A stretch of 63,992 nt of DNA, the filler included, from Licmophora abbreviata (Eukaryota): the NCBI GenBank assembly GCA_900291995.1. It is 7 parts of 7 records of this genome, joined end to end, with 100 filler letters (N's around TTAATTAATTAA, not from the genome) between each part and the next. Parts side by side here need not be neighbours in the genome. Positions count along the whole stretch, not along the records: positions 20,234 to 24,609 come from OLMU01003062.1; positions 24,710 to 41,719 come from OLMU01003064.1; 5 more parts are not named here. One strand, given 5' to 3'. The notes under the pieces are model-generated. The model had not been told where the DNA came from, did not search any database, and saw nothing but the letters and a program-made list of their open reading frames with translations. Made by a program: the position numbers and the translations under genes. Shown piece by piece: positions 23,356-35,723 of the stretch (positions are counted from its first letter, which is position 1; each line of letters begins with the position of its first letter).

Positions 23356-24434
23356 TTATTTGTCCCACTGTCTTGGGTTCACTTTGATCGTCATTTCTCC
23401 TTCTTGCATGCCATGCCCAACGATTGCCCGGCATGCCAACCTCCACCGAGGATTTCTCTCTACCAACATTTGCTTTTCTTGAGTACGCGCCTCGCTTAGC
23501 AACTCAGCTCCTCGCGTAACACTCACGGCACATGTACAGCAAGAGCCCTCGGCACCACAATCACTGAAAAAGCAAAAAAGGAAAACAGTTTAGACCGGTA
23601 GAGATAGTAGTAGCAGATCTTCCTTCGAGTTTCACGAGTCAGCACGTACCCAGTGCCCCCAGAATCGAATCGTCTACTGAGAGGATCATTAAGTTTGACT
23701 CCGCGAGTTAACATTGCTCTCCTCAGGTTTTCTCCGCTAAAAAGTTCAATCGTGGTATCTGGTTCGTTCTGCGATGGAGGATACTGAAGTTTTACAGTCA
23801 CTTTGGGTTTTCGTCGCAAGCGCTTCACAGCGAGGAAAACAACCTCACCTTCTTCTTGAAGGGGAGGCAAACTTCCAATGGCCTCGACAGTAGCGTCGTA
23901 TCCTAAACATTCAAGGCCTACTGCCGTCAGTTCTTCGAAATCAGTCAGTCCCTCTTCGTCTGGGTCAGTCTTGACTCCTTTCCGCCGAATGGCAATTTTC
24001 GAGATGCTATCGCCTACTTGCAATCCACTGCCATCCGCACACCCCCCTTCTACGATACCTGATACAACGGTGATTCCAAATCCATCTTCTCGTCCTCCCG
24101 CAATCTCCAAGAGCTCAATGCCTAGACCTTCGTTGGGCCGCCTCCGAAAGGCAATCGGAACATTGTCGACGAAAATTTCCCTGTGGGACTTGGCTGCCAG
24201 GAAAATGCCTTCTTCGGAAAAGTCATTTTGAGGGGTGAGTTTCGCAGTCCACTCTTCCGCAATCTCGTCTAGAGGTAGGTTGTAAATGTCCAGATCGACC
24301 AAGACAGGGCCTGCAATCGAAAGGGACGAGCTGCTTGTCGCAGTCTTCCTAATAGACTTTACCCCTGGGACCACAAACGGAGCGCCATTTTCCAACAATG
24401 CCAATCCAAGCGAGAGCTGCAACAGATATCTCAT
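23356..24434 (-). CDS. Plastid-targeted PDZ-like plus 2Fe-2S ferredoxin-domain protein; exons 24434-23650, 23563-23356
   Basis: Signal peptide followed by APF. PDZ-like GLGIEL...ITVVSGIVEGGCADGSGLQVGDSI. After the intron, CGAEGSCCTC...WRLAC supplies the 2Fe-2S ligands. Stop TAA at 23358-23356. Confidence 0.85.
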
Positions 24435-24609
24435 GGTGTCCTCTGATGGTGATGATGCAGTGGTCGAATAGTATGAGTTGCCACATCGACTGCGTTCGCC
24501 ATTGTCACATAGTCACATCACACATCATCCCCCGGCGGAACACCACGTCACACCTTGTGGCATCATTCATTCTGAGAATGCCGGATTCCCTTGTGACCTG
24601 AAATTCAAA

Positions 24610-24709
24610 NNNNNNNNNNNNNNNNNNNNNNNNNNNNNNNNNNNNNNNNNNNNTTAATTAATTAANNNNNNNNNNNNNNNNNNNNNNNNNNNNNNNNNNN
24701 NNNNNNNNN
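24610..24709. other. Artificial contig spacer
   Basis: 44 N + TTAATTAATTAA + 44 N. Confidence 0.97.
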
Positions 24710-25461
24710 CAAGTGCTATTCCAGGCTTGGATCATGCCGTCAACAATCTGTGCGGTCCCGCCAATATCCCAAAGCGACCAGTCTACGACCCTGAAGTCAC
24801 TGCTGATTTTTTGAAGGTGCGTGTCTTCGATGATAACATTGCTACACAGTTGAATGTATTCGACTTTTCTTGTTTATTCTCATGATCATATGTTGCGCTC
24901 GGTGTATCACAGGAATCAATCAAACGTGGACTTCCATTGCTTTACCATCAACCGCCACCAGGCTCCGAGGTAGAAGAGTTGGAGGAAGAATGGACCGGCA
25001 GAAGCGTCCATATGACTATCAAGCTCGGTAGCTATCTCGGCACACATCTTCTCCAACCGAGACTGGAATGGTCAACGTTAGGAGGGGGCTGGTCCAGGAC
25101 CGGCAGCCCCGATATCACGACCACGTCTGTAGAGCTTCTCAATATTCACTCGATACTCGGAGAAATCGAAGAGGAGCGAGAAGATTTTGGGGCCTCGGCC
25201 GACGACTTGTGTTTCTTCACAATTACAACCAACGAGGGCAACGTCTACTTATTTGAAGCCGCCACTCCGGCGGATCGTGATCGCATCGTGCACGGCCTCA
25301 AGAGCGTTATTGCTCGATTGGTGTATCATCTTATTTCCGGGGATCCCACCGTCAGTTCTGAATTGTACGGGGAAGAGCGCCCTCACGCGTCTGGAGAGCT
25401 GCCATCGCTGCGGACACCTACTCAGAGATTGAATGAGATCTCTCACGCCTTCCTCGATTGA
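24710..25461 (+). CDS. 5'-partial PH-domain-like protein; exons <24710-24816, 24913-25461
   Basis: GT-AG intron 24817-24912. CFFTITTNEGNVYLFEAATPADRDRIVHGLKSVI resembles the terminal strands and helix of a PH fold. Confidence 0.7.
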
Positions 25462-26061
25462 GTTGTCACTCATTCTTTATGTCGCATGTATTTGTTATTC
25501 GTAATGCAATTACCGGTGGTACGCCCCAAGTTTATGTAGAGTTAATTCCTAGTTTTGAATCCGTGAAACGATGATGATGCGGTGCTCTTCCCTGATGAAG
25601 TACAGTACCGCCACAGGTGCTTTCACTAATATGTGCAGGTACCATCAGTAATTAATACTTAGTAAATTTGCGTTTAACTTCTAAAAAATGAAAGCCTGGA
25701 AATCTGGTGCGTGCGTGGCCTTAGATATTGGCCGCCTATCGAGCCTCGCGCTCATGTCTTGACCTCCGCCACAAGTGATGCGCCGGTGTACCGGTATGCG
25801 CGATGAACCTTCTGAAAGCAAGCTAGGCATGGCGGCTCCTATTTCCGTCCCGTGCTCAAAAGCGTGACAAGCAGGGCGGCTTCTACGCAGCCAGGACGAC
25901 TGAAGTATATGCCACAGAGTATCTTCGTAAATGTTGAGAACTATCGTCGCTTCAGATATCATCCTCAGGGATTGAACGAGATCTCTTTCACGCCTTCTCA
26001 ATCGAGTTTCGTCGATTCAAATTTCTCCCGACTGGGGCAACGTCAATCGTTCCAGTAGTTC

Positions 26062-27258
26062 CTATTCCGCATAGCCGTGCTTCGTTCGTTTCTTCGATGT
26101 CTGACCGAATTCACCCAGTGCCGGTGACTCGTCGCTCTTGCGGCCTCGTGACGTGTGGTGCTGCTCCCACTGTTTCAGGTACATTTTCCCGGCCTGGATA
26201 CTTAGCCATCGCCCATGCAATTCGGTTCCACTAAGGTCTACTGCCTTTGCGACCGCCTTAGGGGACTGAAACAGCACACCACAGTATCCCTTGCTCCGAC
26301 CACTATCCTCAAACGATGGAAACGTGACCTCTACGATTGGTCCACAGTCCTGAAAGAAGGTTCGCACGTCAGCCTCGGTAGTATCGTAGTTAAGACCAAA
26401 GACGCGCACGGAGAGTGGCTCCCGCACCTTGTCCATGTTTCGCTTCTTTTGTTCTTTCTTTCGCAAAGCTTCCTTCTGAACTTCTTCATCATGCCGATAC
26501 GGGCACCGATCCTTTTTGTTGCACTTGCCCTTGGTCTTCCAGCCAATACAGTCCTTCTCGCTGTCAGGACGTTGATCAGGCTGTTGTAACTTTTTGGTCG
26601 GTACCTCAAAGTCGTGAGAGTACAGACAATCGTCACCACGCGTGCAGTTTCCTTTCTTAAAGGCAAAGCACTTTCCCCTTTTCTTCTTCTCGTCAGTCGA
26701 TGACTTGTTGTTTTGTTCCAGACATCCGCCTTCCCCTTGATGATCAAATTTGCAATTTTCGCCGTAGGGACACCGAAACTTTGCCCAAAGGAAACACATT
26801 CGTTTGTCCGAGCTTGTGGCTGCTATGCAATTTTTTTCTGTGTCATCATCCCGCACTACTGGACGCAAGTAGATGGTGTGCTTTTTCTTTGATGTCGACT
26901 TGGCACCACCTCGCAGTGTGCCCCGTCGCAGAGCCTCTTGCTGGCGTTCCACCGAATCGAGCGTTACAAAGCCAAAGCCTCGATGGGGGGTCTCTCCTTC
27001 CTTCTGTGACGTTGGTTCACGAGGCGTGACTTTTTTCTCTCCCTCTTGATGCTCGTCGCTTGTCCTTGGGTACACGAGAGACACGTCGACAACACTGGCA
27101 GTACCCAGCGTTTCCTCCACGAGTCGTTGGAGCGTATCTTGATCGAAAACGGCTGGAATTCGAGAGACGAAAACCTTGCAGTCATCTGAGACGTCTGAAG
27201 AGGAAGGATCACCCATCTGCTCCTCCTTTGCATTTACGAATGATGCGGAGGCGTTCAT
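26062..27258 (-). CDS. RNA-binding protein with two RRMs flanking three CCCH zinc fingers
   Basis: KVFVSRIP/RGFGFVTL. CFLWAKFRCPYGENCKFDH, CFAFKKGNCTRGDDCLYSH, CIGWKTKGKCNKKDRCPYRH. VRVFGLNY/KGYCGVLF. First ATG at 27258. Confidence 0.88.
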   Translation of the reverse strand: MNASASFVNAKEEQMGDPSSSDVSDDCKVFVSRIPAVFDQDTLQRLVEETLGTASVVDVSLVYPRTSDEHQEGEKKVTPREPTSQKEGETPHRGFGFVTLDSVERQQEALRRGTLRGGAKSTSKKKHTIYLRPVVRDDDTEKNCIAATSSDKRMCFLWAKFRCPYGENCKFDHQGEGGCLEQNNKSSTDEKKKRGKCFAFKKGNCTRGDDCLYSHDFEVPTKKLQQPDQRPDSEKDCIGWKTKGKCNKKDRCPYRHDEEVQKEALRKKEQKKRNMDKVREPLSVRVFGLNYDTTEADVRTFFQDCGPIVEVTFPSFEDSGRSKGYCGVLFQSPKAVAKAVDLSGTELHGRWLSIQAGKMYLKQWEQHHTSRGRKSDESPALGEFGQTSKKRTKHGYAE

Positions 27259-27435
27259 CGTCGTCGTCGTCGTCGTCGTCTTGGTGATGCCGCACCGCAC
27301 AGAACAAGAATTGAATGGTGCCGCGCCGCAGTTTTGAGATGTGCTGTGATGTTTGCAGGATACGTCATAGATTCGTTTTCACGATGATTCCTGATTCCAT
27401 TAGAAGCAATCGATTTTGCGTGCGTGATCGAATTC

Positions 27436-28650
27436 ATGAACTATCATTTCGCGCCGGCTCTTCCAGATACGACCATGGCGGATGCATCCGAAGAGGACGA
27501 AGATGTCTCGTCGCTGCGGATCCGACGGAACGATAGTATGACGACCAATGAGCGCTATGACCACGTGCAGCGATTCTTGGAGAACCAGGCGATTCTGGCG
27601 TCTCAGTCGATCCCCACCGCCACCACGCCTTACGTGATCAAGACGGCGACTCTGCCGGACAGCCAGCGCATGAAGGTTCTCGTCACGGGAGGAGCAGGAT
27701 TCGTGGGCAGCCATCTGGTCGATCGTCTGATGCAGCAGGGTCATGAGGTTATCGTGCTGGATAACTACTTCACGGGGATGAAACGGAACGTCGAGCATTG
27801 GCAGCACCATAAGAACTTCTCTCTCATTCGCCACGACATTACGCAGTCCATCCTGCTCGAATGCGACCAGATCTATCACCTTGCGTGTCCTGCCTCTCCA
27901 CCGCACTACCAGTACAATCCTGTCAAAACCATCAAAACTTCCACCATGGGAACGATCAATATGCTGGGACTGGCCAAACGCGTCAAGGCGAGGATCTTGT
28001 TGGCTTCCACATCGGAAATCTACGGCGACCCCGAAGTTCACCCCCAGCCGGAAACCTACTGGGGCAATGTCAATACGCTTGGTCCTCGTTCTTGCTACGA
28101 TGAAGGAAAGCGAGTCGCAGAGACCATGATGTATGCCTACAAGAACCAGAATGACGTCGACATTCGCATTGCTCGCATCTTCAACACGTTCGGACCTCGC
28201 ATGCATCCGAATGATGGACGGGTCGTGTCCAATTTCATCATTCAGACGCTTCAGAACAAGCCACTTACAATCTACGGCGATGGTAGTCAAACTAGATCCT
28301 TCCAGTACATTGACGACTTGGTGGATGGCCTCGTCGCGCTGATGAACGGAAACTACGACTCGCCTGTCAATCTTGGCAATGACGAAGAATACTCCATCAA
28401 GGATTTTGCCGTTATCATTAAGGAACTCACCAAGTCCGAATCGACCATCACGCATCTCCCTGCTGTGAAAGACGACCCCTACAAGCGACAGCCAGACACT
28501 ACAGTGGCCATGCGGGAGCTAGGGTGGCAACCCAAGGTACCGGCCAAGGAGGGATTGCGCAAGACGATTGAGTACTTTCGAACCGAGGTGAAACTGGCGG
28601 GAGAGATAGAACCGACGGGACCAGATGCAGCCAAGCCCAAGGGGAAGTGA
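27436..28650 (+). CDS. UXS1: UDP-glucuronate decarboxylase (UDP-xylose synthase)
   Basis: [53 protein letters not shown]. Start codon uncertain. Confidence 0.94.
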   Translation: MNYHFAPALPDTTMADASEEDEDVSSLRIRRNDSMTTNERYDHVQRFLENQAILASQSIPTATTPYVIKTATLPDSQRMKVLVTGGAGFVGSHLVDRLMQQGHEVIVLDNYFTGMKRNVEHWQHHKNFSLIRHDITQSILLECDQIYHLACPASPPHYQYNPVKTIKTSTMGTINMLGLAKRVKARILLASTSEIYGDPEVHPQPETYWGNVNTLGPRSCYDEGKRVAETMMYAYKNQNDVDIRIARIFNTFGPRMHPNDGRVVSNFIIQTLQNKPLTIYGDGSQTRSFQYIDDLVDGLVALMNGNYDSPVNLGNDEEYSIKDFAVIIKELTKSESTITHLPAVKDDPYKRQPDTTVAMRELGWQPKVPAKEGLRKTIEYFRTEVKLAGEIEPTGPDAAKPKGK

Positions 28651-29488
28651 AGTCAAATGTTGCGTAGTGACAGTCAACCGAATGTGTGTGTGACCCGAAA
28701 CTAAACTACGCAGTATGCAACAGGTGAAAACAAGGAGCTACGAGTTATTGGTAGCTTCAATTTCACATAGTACTAGATCTCCTTTAGTATATACTTACGT
28801 TCCAGCGCTTTCGGTGACGCCGTCCATATATTATGTCATATTGTCTCATATATGCCATCAGGTGCACGTGATCTTCCAGAGTGAGCGTTACAGATGGCAC
28901 CCGAAGCTTTTCAGGTGATGTCCATATGCCATCGGATGCTCGTGATCCATGCCACTTAAGAACGTCGCGGTCGGGCTACACTGATGGCATATTTGCTAAC
29001 TCTTCCATCATAAAGATGAAAGCAAGAGTTGCAAATTAACAACCCATTCTTTCGCTTCCACCGTCCAGTTACCGAGCACACCAGCATGGTCCTCAGGCGC
29101 GTCCCCAAGCATCGCCCATCACAAGGTACTAGTGGACGAGTGGCGTGCGATGAGTTGCCTGCTCTTCATGCAACAACGGCAAAGCAAGGAGCAGCGCAGA
29201 GCCGAAGCACAGATGACGAAGGCGTACATTGTCTTTCACCCACAGTGTTGAGTAGGAGGTTCATGATGCGATCCCTTGCAGATGCTGCCCTGCGAAAGCC
29301 GGGAGTGTCGAGTAAAAACGAGTAACCTAAGTAATAGTAGATGATACCCATTCCGAGTTTCAATCTATCTTTTCACGTCGTACTGCTGCATTTTCCTGTA
29401 TGGTTCTTTGGTGGATAAGGAAGTCGAGAGACCCCTTTCTTTCGTATCGGTCGATGGCAACACTGCAGACGATGGCATGCCGTCGAAT

Positions 29489-30692
29489 TCACTCGGATCC
29501 AGTATTCGTCTCTTTGCGAGGCGAGTCGTCCTTCTTGTATTGGTCCATCACGGGATTGTGGGCAACCGTAACGATACACATCGGGTCCTGTTCAATTTGA
29601 AGTGTCGCAGGCCGATAAGTCAGATAAGAATGGGTGCAAGCGTTTATTAGATCATAGTCAATTCTTCTTCTCTTACCTTGTTGCATTCCCCAGTTAGGAC
29701 ATTCGGCATACCGAATCGTTCGACAAAGTCCGACGGCAAAGACTCGATACAGTTGTGGCTCAGAGTAACGCGTTCCAAGAGGTCAAGATTCTTTCCGAGT
29801 CCACACGGCGGAAGACCTACGAGACGATTGCTATTGGCATACACAGTTTGCAAGCTCGCACACTCGCTCAGCGAATCGGGGAGCATCTCCAGTTGGTTGG
29901 ACGACACGTGCAAGAGAGTCAGACTTGTCATGGTCCTGCCGGGGACGCCATCGGGGAGCTTTGTGAGCTTGTTGCCTCTAATGTGGAAAGTGATCCATGG
30001 TATGAGAAGCAAGTGAGAGAGAGTGAGTCTGGTGAAATCAAGATGCATGATGGCATGTGTCGATGTACTAGACGCTGGTCTAATGCGACGACTCACCGCA
30101 ACATGAGCGACTCGAGATTGGACAGGTCCGACAGCTCGGAAGGGACGAATTCAATGGAATTCCCGTCGAGACAGAGAACTCTGAGCATTTCCAGCTTTCG
30201 GATCTCCGATGAGATCCAGGTGAGCTTGTTGTTGCTCACGCGCAGGACTTCAAGATTTTCGAGCTTAAGAACGCAATCGGGCAATGCTCCTGAAATCTGA
30301 CAGTCGTCGCACCACAGTTCTTCGAGGGTCGGAGAGAGGTCAGTCAGGTCGTCTGGAAGCGACGTCAAAGGATTTCTTCCAACGTTCAGATCACGAAGGT
30401 TCTTGCAGCACACGATGCCATCCAACGACTGAATCTGACACTCGTAGAGGGAGAGGCTGACCAAGTTTCGTAACGACGGCGCGTACTGGGGCTGACACAG
30501 GATCTTGACTGAACCGTTGAACTCGGCCTTTCGGCGCTGCAAACGCAGTTCTGTCAGGACTTCTCGTTTGGCACGTTTGCTAGCTCGTTCGTCGTCGCCG
30601 GTCGCAGACATCAATGCGTCATCGTCGGTGATGGGAGCAGCTGCATCCGCCAAGATTCTCGGAATCTTTCGGAGGTCTTTCTTAATAAACAT
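29489..30692 (-). CDS. Leucine-rich repeat protein; exons 30692-30097, 29977-29677, 29587-29489
   Basis: Repeated LxxLxLxxNxL units (LRDLNVGRNPL, LEVLRVSNNKL, LRVLCLDGNSI, LTLLHVSSNQL). Two GT-AG introns. Confidence 0.87.
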
Positions 30693-31067
30693 GGTGCTTC
30701 GAGTAGGGCAAGGGATGCTATAGAGAGATCACTGCGTCTAGTTCCTTATCCAAAGCTTCAACGCAGAGGGCCGATGTGGTCAAGTCCTTGGGCTCGGCAT
30801 TGTCATCATGATGAGATGCGCCGCTTTTCTCTCGTCGGTGTGTCCAAACAAATATGGCGCGCGCCACTACAAAATTTCGAGAGGTCTTCGAGGTCCATCG
30901 TCGCGCTTGCAATGCCCCGGCGACGTTGCGGCCTCAAGATGCCGGTATACCGTTAGCTAATGATAGACAAACACTAATAACAGTCTATAGCCTATACGTC
31001 GTATACCCATGGGACACGCCGCAGTTAACACATGCTCTGCTGGTGGCTATGTCAGGGTATGTAGTTG

Positions 31068-34000
31068 TCAAGGAGAAACAAGGTTGGCTCCCGAACCCAA
31101 TTGGGAGAACTGGTGCATGGCCGTGTTGACAGCCTCTTGAGCTTCCGGCTCGAGCATGGCGAAAGCAGACTGCATACGGTCGCCAGGAACTTCGCGCTGC
31201 ATGTCCATCAACAGCTTCGCAAGTCGGCCCTGCGTTTCCGGTGACGCAAGATCTTCTCCATCTGCAATGAAGGCAAAGATGTTACCGATGATCCGCAACA
31301 ACCTCTGAGTCTCGGAGGCCATCGGGATCTTTCCATGCTCCACGAGATCACACAGGCCGGCATGACAGATCTAAGTCGATGTCAACGGAGGAGACAAGAT
31401 AAATGAGCAAAGAACATCAAAAGTCGAAAGTCTGCGTGAATCGTATTGTTGCTTACCTTGGCCTCGCTCTCATCTTCTCGAAGAGGAAGCTGATCCAGAA
31501 ACGTCGACACAATGGCATCCTTGTTCCGCGCAGCTACGTTCGCAAGTGGGGCCTTGTCAAACAAAGTCAACGAGGCCAACGCGGAAACTGCATTCTCAAT
31601 CAGAATGGGACGCTCCGAGTCTTCTTTGGGGGTGCGGCTCATATTGATCAAGGAATTCAAGATAGTTTGAGCATGCGCTCCAAGGACTCTGGCTGGAGCG
31701 TATCGAGCCAGCTGAGCGATTCCGTACACCGACACCTGCTTCAAATCCATGTCTTCGCAGTTTGTAGCGTCGTCGATGCCAAGCATCACGCCCTCCGTGA
31801 GCGCCGAAGCGTATTTTGTCGCCGCTTGAGGGCCGCAGTGTTCGACACAGTCGTCGAACAAGCAAACGGCCGCATAGCGGGCGCGAACGTCCGGAGTGCC
31901 ACCAGCCCGAAGGAATTTACCAAGAATCGGCGCAACTTCCGATTCAAATATTGGGAGAAAGCCTTCGCGCAAGAACTTGAGGGTGTAGCCCACGCAGTCG
32001 ACCAGCGGTGTGAGCACGTCCTCCTCGCTAGCAAGAGCAGCCATATATTCTTCTTCCTCGTCACTTCCCGAGAGAGGACCGTCGGCGCCTTCCAGACTGC
32101 GATAGAGCTTAGCTCGGCGTACAAGACAGGATACCATAGATTTCATCATTAGCGGAACAGTGCTTTTTGCGTCGTTCGCAGAAAAGCTGGCAATGACACT
32201 CCTGTTGGAAATATCCAGTCGTCGGTAAGCCATGTAGTACACGTCGCTGAGGGAATCGGCAACGCTGAACAAAGTCTCAGGATCCGACGGGTCTTCCTCA
32301 ACAATTTGTTTCGAAAGCGTCTGTGCGAGGAGAGGCATGTACTTCTGTGCCAGGCTCATTCCAATCTGCTCGCCATACGCGCACGCGGCATCAAAGGTTG
32401 CAGCTACTGCTTTGCAGACGGAACCGCGGACGTCGGCTGAGTACTGGAAACTGACGAGAGGAAGCAATGCCTCCATCGTAGTCTATTAAATCGTAACGTG
32501 ATTTGAGAAGGGCGGCGCAAGCTGTGAGCGAGAATGAATTCGAGGCGATTTCATTTTAGCAGCCAGTGTCAACGTACCTCGACATAGGGACCAAAAGCCG
32601 CCTGCAATCCAGATGCATGTTCGTAAATGGCCTTCGCCGCTAACGCTTTCTCGTACATTCGGGTGGAATTAATCGTGACTTTCGTGAGACCCTTTCCGGG
32701 CAACGCGACCGTCATGCTTTCCGTGCCTTCTTCTTCGTCCATTTGACGATCTCCACGACGTGTAGCCTCCAGCCCATTCTCGTCGCCCTCCTACATGGCG
32801 AGCGTGAGCAGTACAACCGAATGAAAAACATGAGTATAGCGCAGCATGAAAGACCGACAAGCTCCACAAATGAAAACCTTACCATGAATTGAATGTCGGG
32901 TGGGGCGGAGACCTTGGTCAGCAAGTGCGGGAGGACCACGTTTACGTACGGAGCATACTCCTCTCCCATTACGCTAGCGATCCTAGCACACGCCGAGAGC
33001 AGTTGGTCCATCGGGATTGAGTTCGACACAGACGTGCCATCAGATTGAAGCAAAGGGATTGCGATCTGCATGATCACGCCCGCGTCGACAACGTACAAGT
33101 CGCGACTGGGTGATTCCGCGACAGCTTCTCCAATAATCGTAACTGCCTCAATGGCCGATCCGCGCAGCCTGGCAATGTCGTACTGGTTTGAGGAAATCTG
33201 GGCACTGCCGAGCAGCCCCGGCACAACATCACCGTAAAATGGTGCAAATGCCTCCCCGGTGGCCTCGGCAAGACACGCCATTGCTCCGACGGCGCGTACC
33301 TTCACCGCGATAGCACCCGTGTCGACAGAAGATCCACGCATGATCTCAAGAGAGAGAGGACCCGTCACAAGCGCAAGAAGGACGTCCTTGAGGAAGGGTT
33401 CCACAAGCGTCTCTGCTTCGACTTGCGGCTCTCGGGCCCGGCCCATACCACCACGGCAGTAGGAGACAACTGCAAGACAGGCAATGGCTGCCACTTTGGT
33501 GCACGACGACGAAACGAGACGAGCCATGGCTTCCAGCAGACGCCCTCCATTCTGCATACGAATCTGTCCACCAAGCGACTCGTCGGCTTCACATAGCGCG
33601 CCGAGCATCACCATGGACTGAAACTGAACTCGCGGATTCTCGCTCTTGGCAAGATGCAAAGCCGCCTCGACGGCAACTGGGGCGTATGGAGCAAACGAGA
33701 CTGGCGCGGCGTACAAGCATTGTTCCAATATGGAAAGCGCGGCTCTCTGGTGCTGCCACTGAGGATTGGCAAGGAGAGACTCGACCATGGGGAGCACGAC
33801 GGGTAGCGACTTCAAACCGCCTCCCAGGTTCTGCAAAAAACTACAGAGCAACGATTCTGCGTACAAGGCCGTGTCATCGCCTTCCCATGCCGGTACGTCA
33901 TCCTATACAATGCAATAGGGGCCAACAAGATTGAAGCGTGGTGAGTGTTGCATTCCAATCTCTTTCAGTGACATCCTCCTTGTGGTTCGAATCCAACAAA

Positions 34001-35387
34001 CGCACCATGATACTGGCAGGCTCCGCCACCCATTCTTCCAACTCCTCCGCATCAACTCCATCAACACAAAACTGTGCACATGCACGAATCACCGACTGTT
34101 CTCCCTCTAGCAACGCCCCGCGCAAGGCTGTCCCCTGAGTCGTTTCGACCAATACACGCCTCTTGACATCCGCAACCGCACACAAGGACGCCACAACCTG
34201 CAAGGACGCCAATCGGACAGCATCCTCCAGGGTATTGGACCATGACAGGGTCGAGCATGTCGCCAGGACCACATTCAGTGTCTCATAGTCACCCGCCAAG
34301 AGGGAGGGACATGCACTGGCGGCATGCGACAAGTCTTGCAACATGCGACGCAAGGAATCCTCGTCCAAGATCCCAAAGCAGCTTTGGACGGATTGCAAGA
34401 GTGGGACGATACAAGTACTTCCAATACGACTGGCTGGACTTGAGCTGTCCACCTTGATAGTGTCGTCCTGCTGCGGATGAGGCACCATCCGTGCCATCCA
34501 CGATGGACTACTGTTACTCGTGTTTTTAGTGGTGGCGACCTGAGTGGCAATGGCGACATTGCAAATGGCTTGCGTGAGAGCTTCCAGTGTCGTACTATTA
34601 CTACCACTGGCTGTCGTTGCGGACGGATCAATAGACAACGTCGATGACAGAGCCGACTGCAACAAGGCTGGCAAGTCATTTCCAAAGACCCACAGAGTCT
34701 TGGGTGCACGGTCGGCCAAGTGTCCCAGCAAGGACAGAGCTGTCGGGTCCGCCTGTGAACACTGCAGGATCAAAACAATGGCTTTTTGTGAGAGTTCGGT
34801 CGGTACCAGTTTAAAAGAAGTCGCTGCTTCGCATGTAGCAACATGATACTCACCATTGGACCAATGCTTGTCAACACATGACGCATCGTTGGTTCACTAC
34901 TACTACTGTTGCTGCTGCTGCTCGACTCCATCCATTCGAGACTACAGCATAATTCTGCCAAGCAATGTCCCACTTGCTTGCGGCAGTTGGACGGAAGAGA
35001 CTTGGCGACAAAGATTTGCGTCAGTGGCTCGGCAAGCTGCTGCAGCAATAGCGTTGCTACTGGTTGTTGTTGTTGTTGTTGTTGTTGTTGTGCAAGTGCC
35101 ATTGCAGCAATGTCACGACGCAGCAAGACACAGGCCAACAAGATACGGCCTTGATCGTTTTGTGGATTGGTACTAGAATTGCAAAGCTGCAGTAGGAGTG
35201 TAAAGAGTCCAGTGATACGATCGTGAATGTTCAATTGTTGGAGATAGGCTTCGGCTTGTTGACGAGGTGTCGTAGCCGCAGCAGCTGAGGCCGGTGATGG
35301 AGGAGACAATAACAACAAGGCATCGAGGAGTTCAATAGTGATGCTTGCACTACTACTTCTCGTAGGTCCGGTAGGAGAAGCGTTCAT
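31068..35387 (-). CDS. IPO5: Importin-5/karyopherin beta-3 family HEAT-repeat protein; exons 35387-34854, 34761-34006, 33902-32883, 32790-32578, 32482-31457, 31370-31068
   Basis: RQQAEAYL, CVLLRR, WQHQRAAL, NPRVQF, ARLRGSAIEAVTIIG, CLFDDCVEH, ENAVSAL, LPLREDESEAK. Five phase-0 GT-AG introns. Confidence 0.87.
35062..35091 (-). repeat. (CAA)n microsatellite encoding poly-Gln in IPO5 exon 1
   Basis: GTT/TGT trinucleotide run on the + strand; nine Gln in the translation. Confidence 0.85.
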
Positions 35388-35723
35388 GCTTCCATCCACA
35401 AAACAACACAAGGTCGCACACACAAGAGAGCAATACAATAGAATGCAGCAGCAATGCGATGAGAAGTGGACTAAGTCTCAGTTTTGAGGTCCATTCAGAT
35501 TTGGAATGTTGAATTTTGTACTGAGTTCTACGCAGTTCTACACAGATTTCATGTTTGGCGCACCTGTTTTTGTAAAAGTCGAAGGGTTCGACGAAAAAGA
35601 CGAACATCACTATCATACGAGTACGAGTATACATCAGGACGCGACGAGGACTCCGCGGCATCACATTATCCTCTCGTTCGTCTCTCTCTTGCCATCAATC
35701 TCTTTCAACGACGACAGCAAACG

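Noticed and set aside
25571..25600. ATGATGA...CTGA as a box C/D snoRNA
   Set aside because: The boxes are only about 14 nt apart and no downstream terminal box D was found at a suitable distance.
27400..28455. 351-aa minus-strand ORF
   Set aside because: It is antisense to highly conserved UXS1 and has no independent motifs.
28915..28984. Possible box C/D snoRNA (GTGATGT ... CTGA)
   Set aside because: Box C is imperfect, and there is no convincing terminal stem or long rRNA-complementary guide that I could identify.
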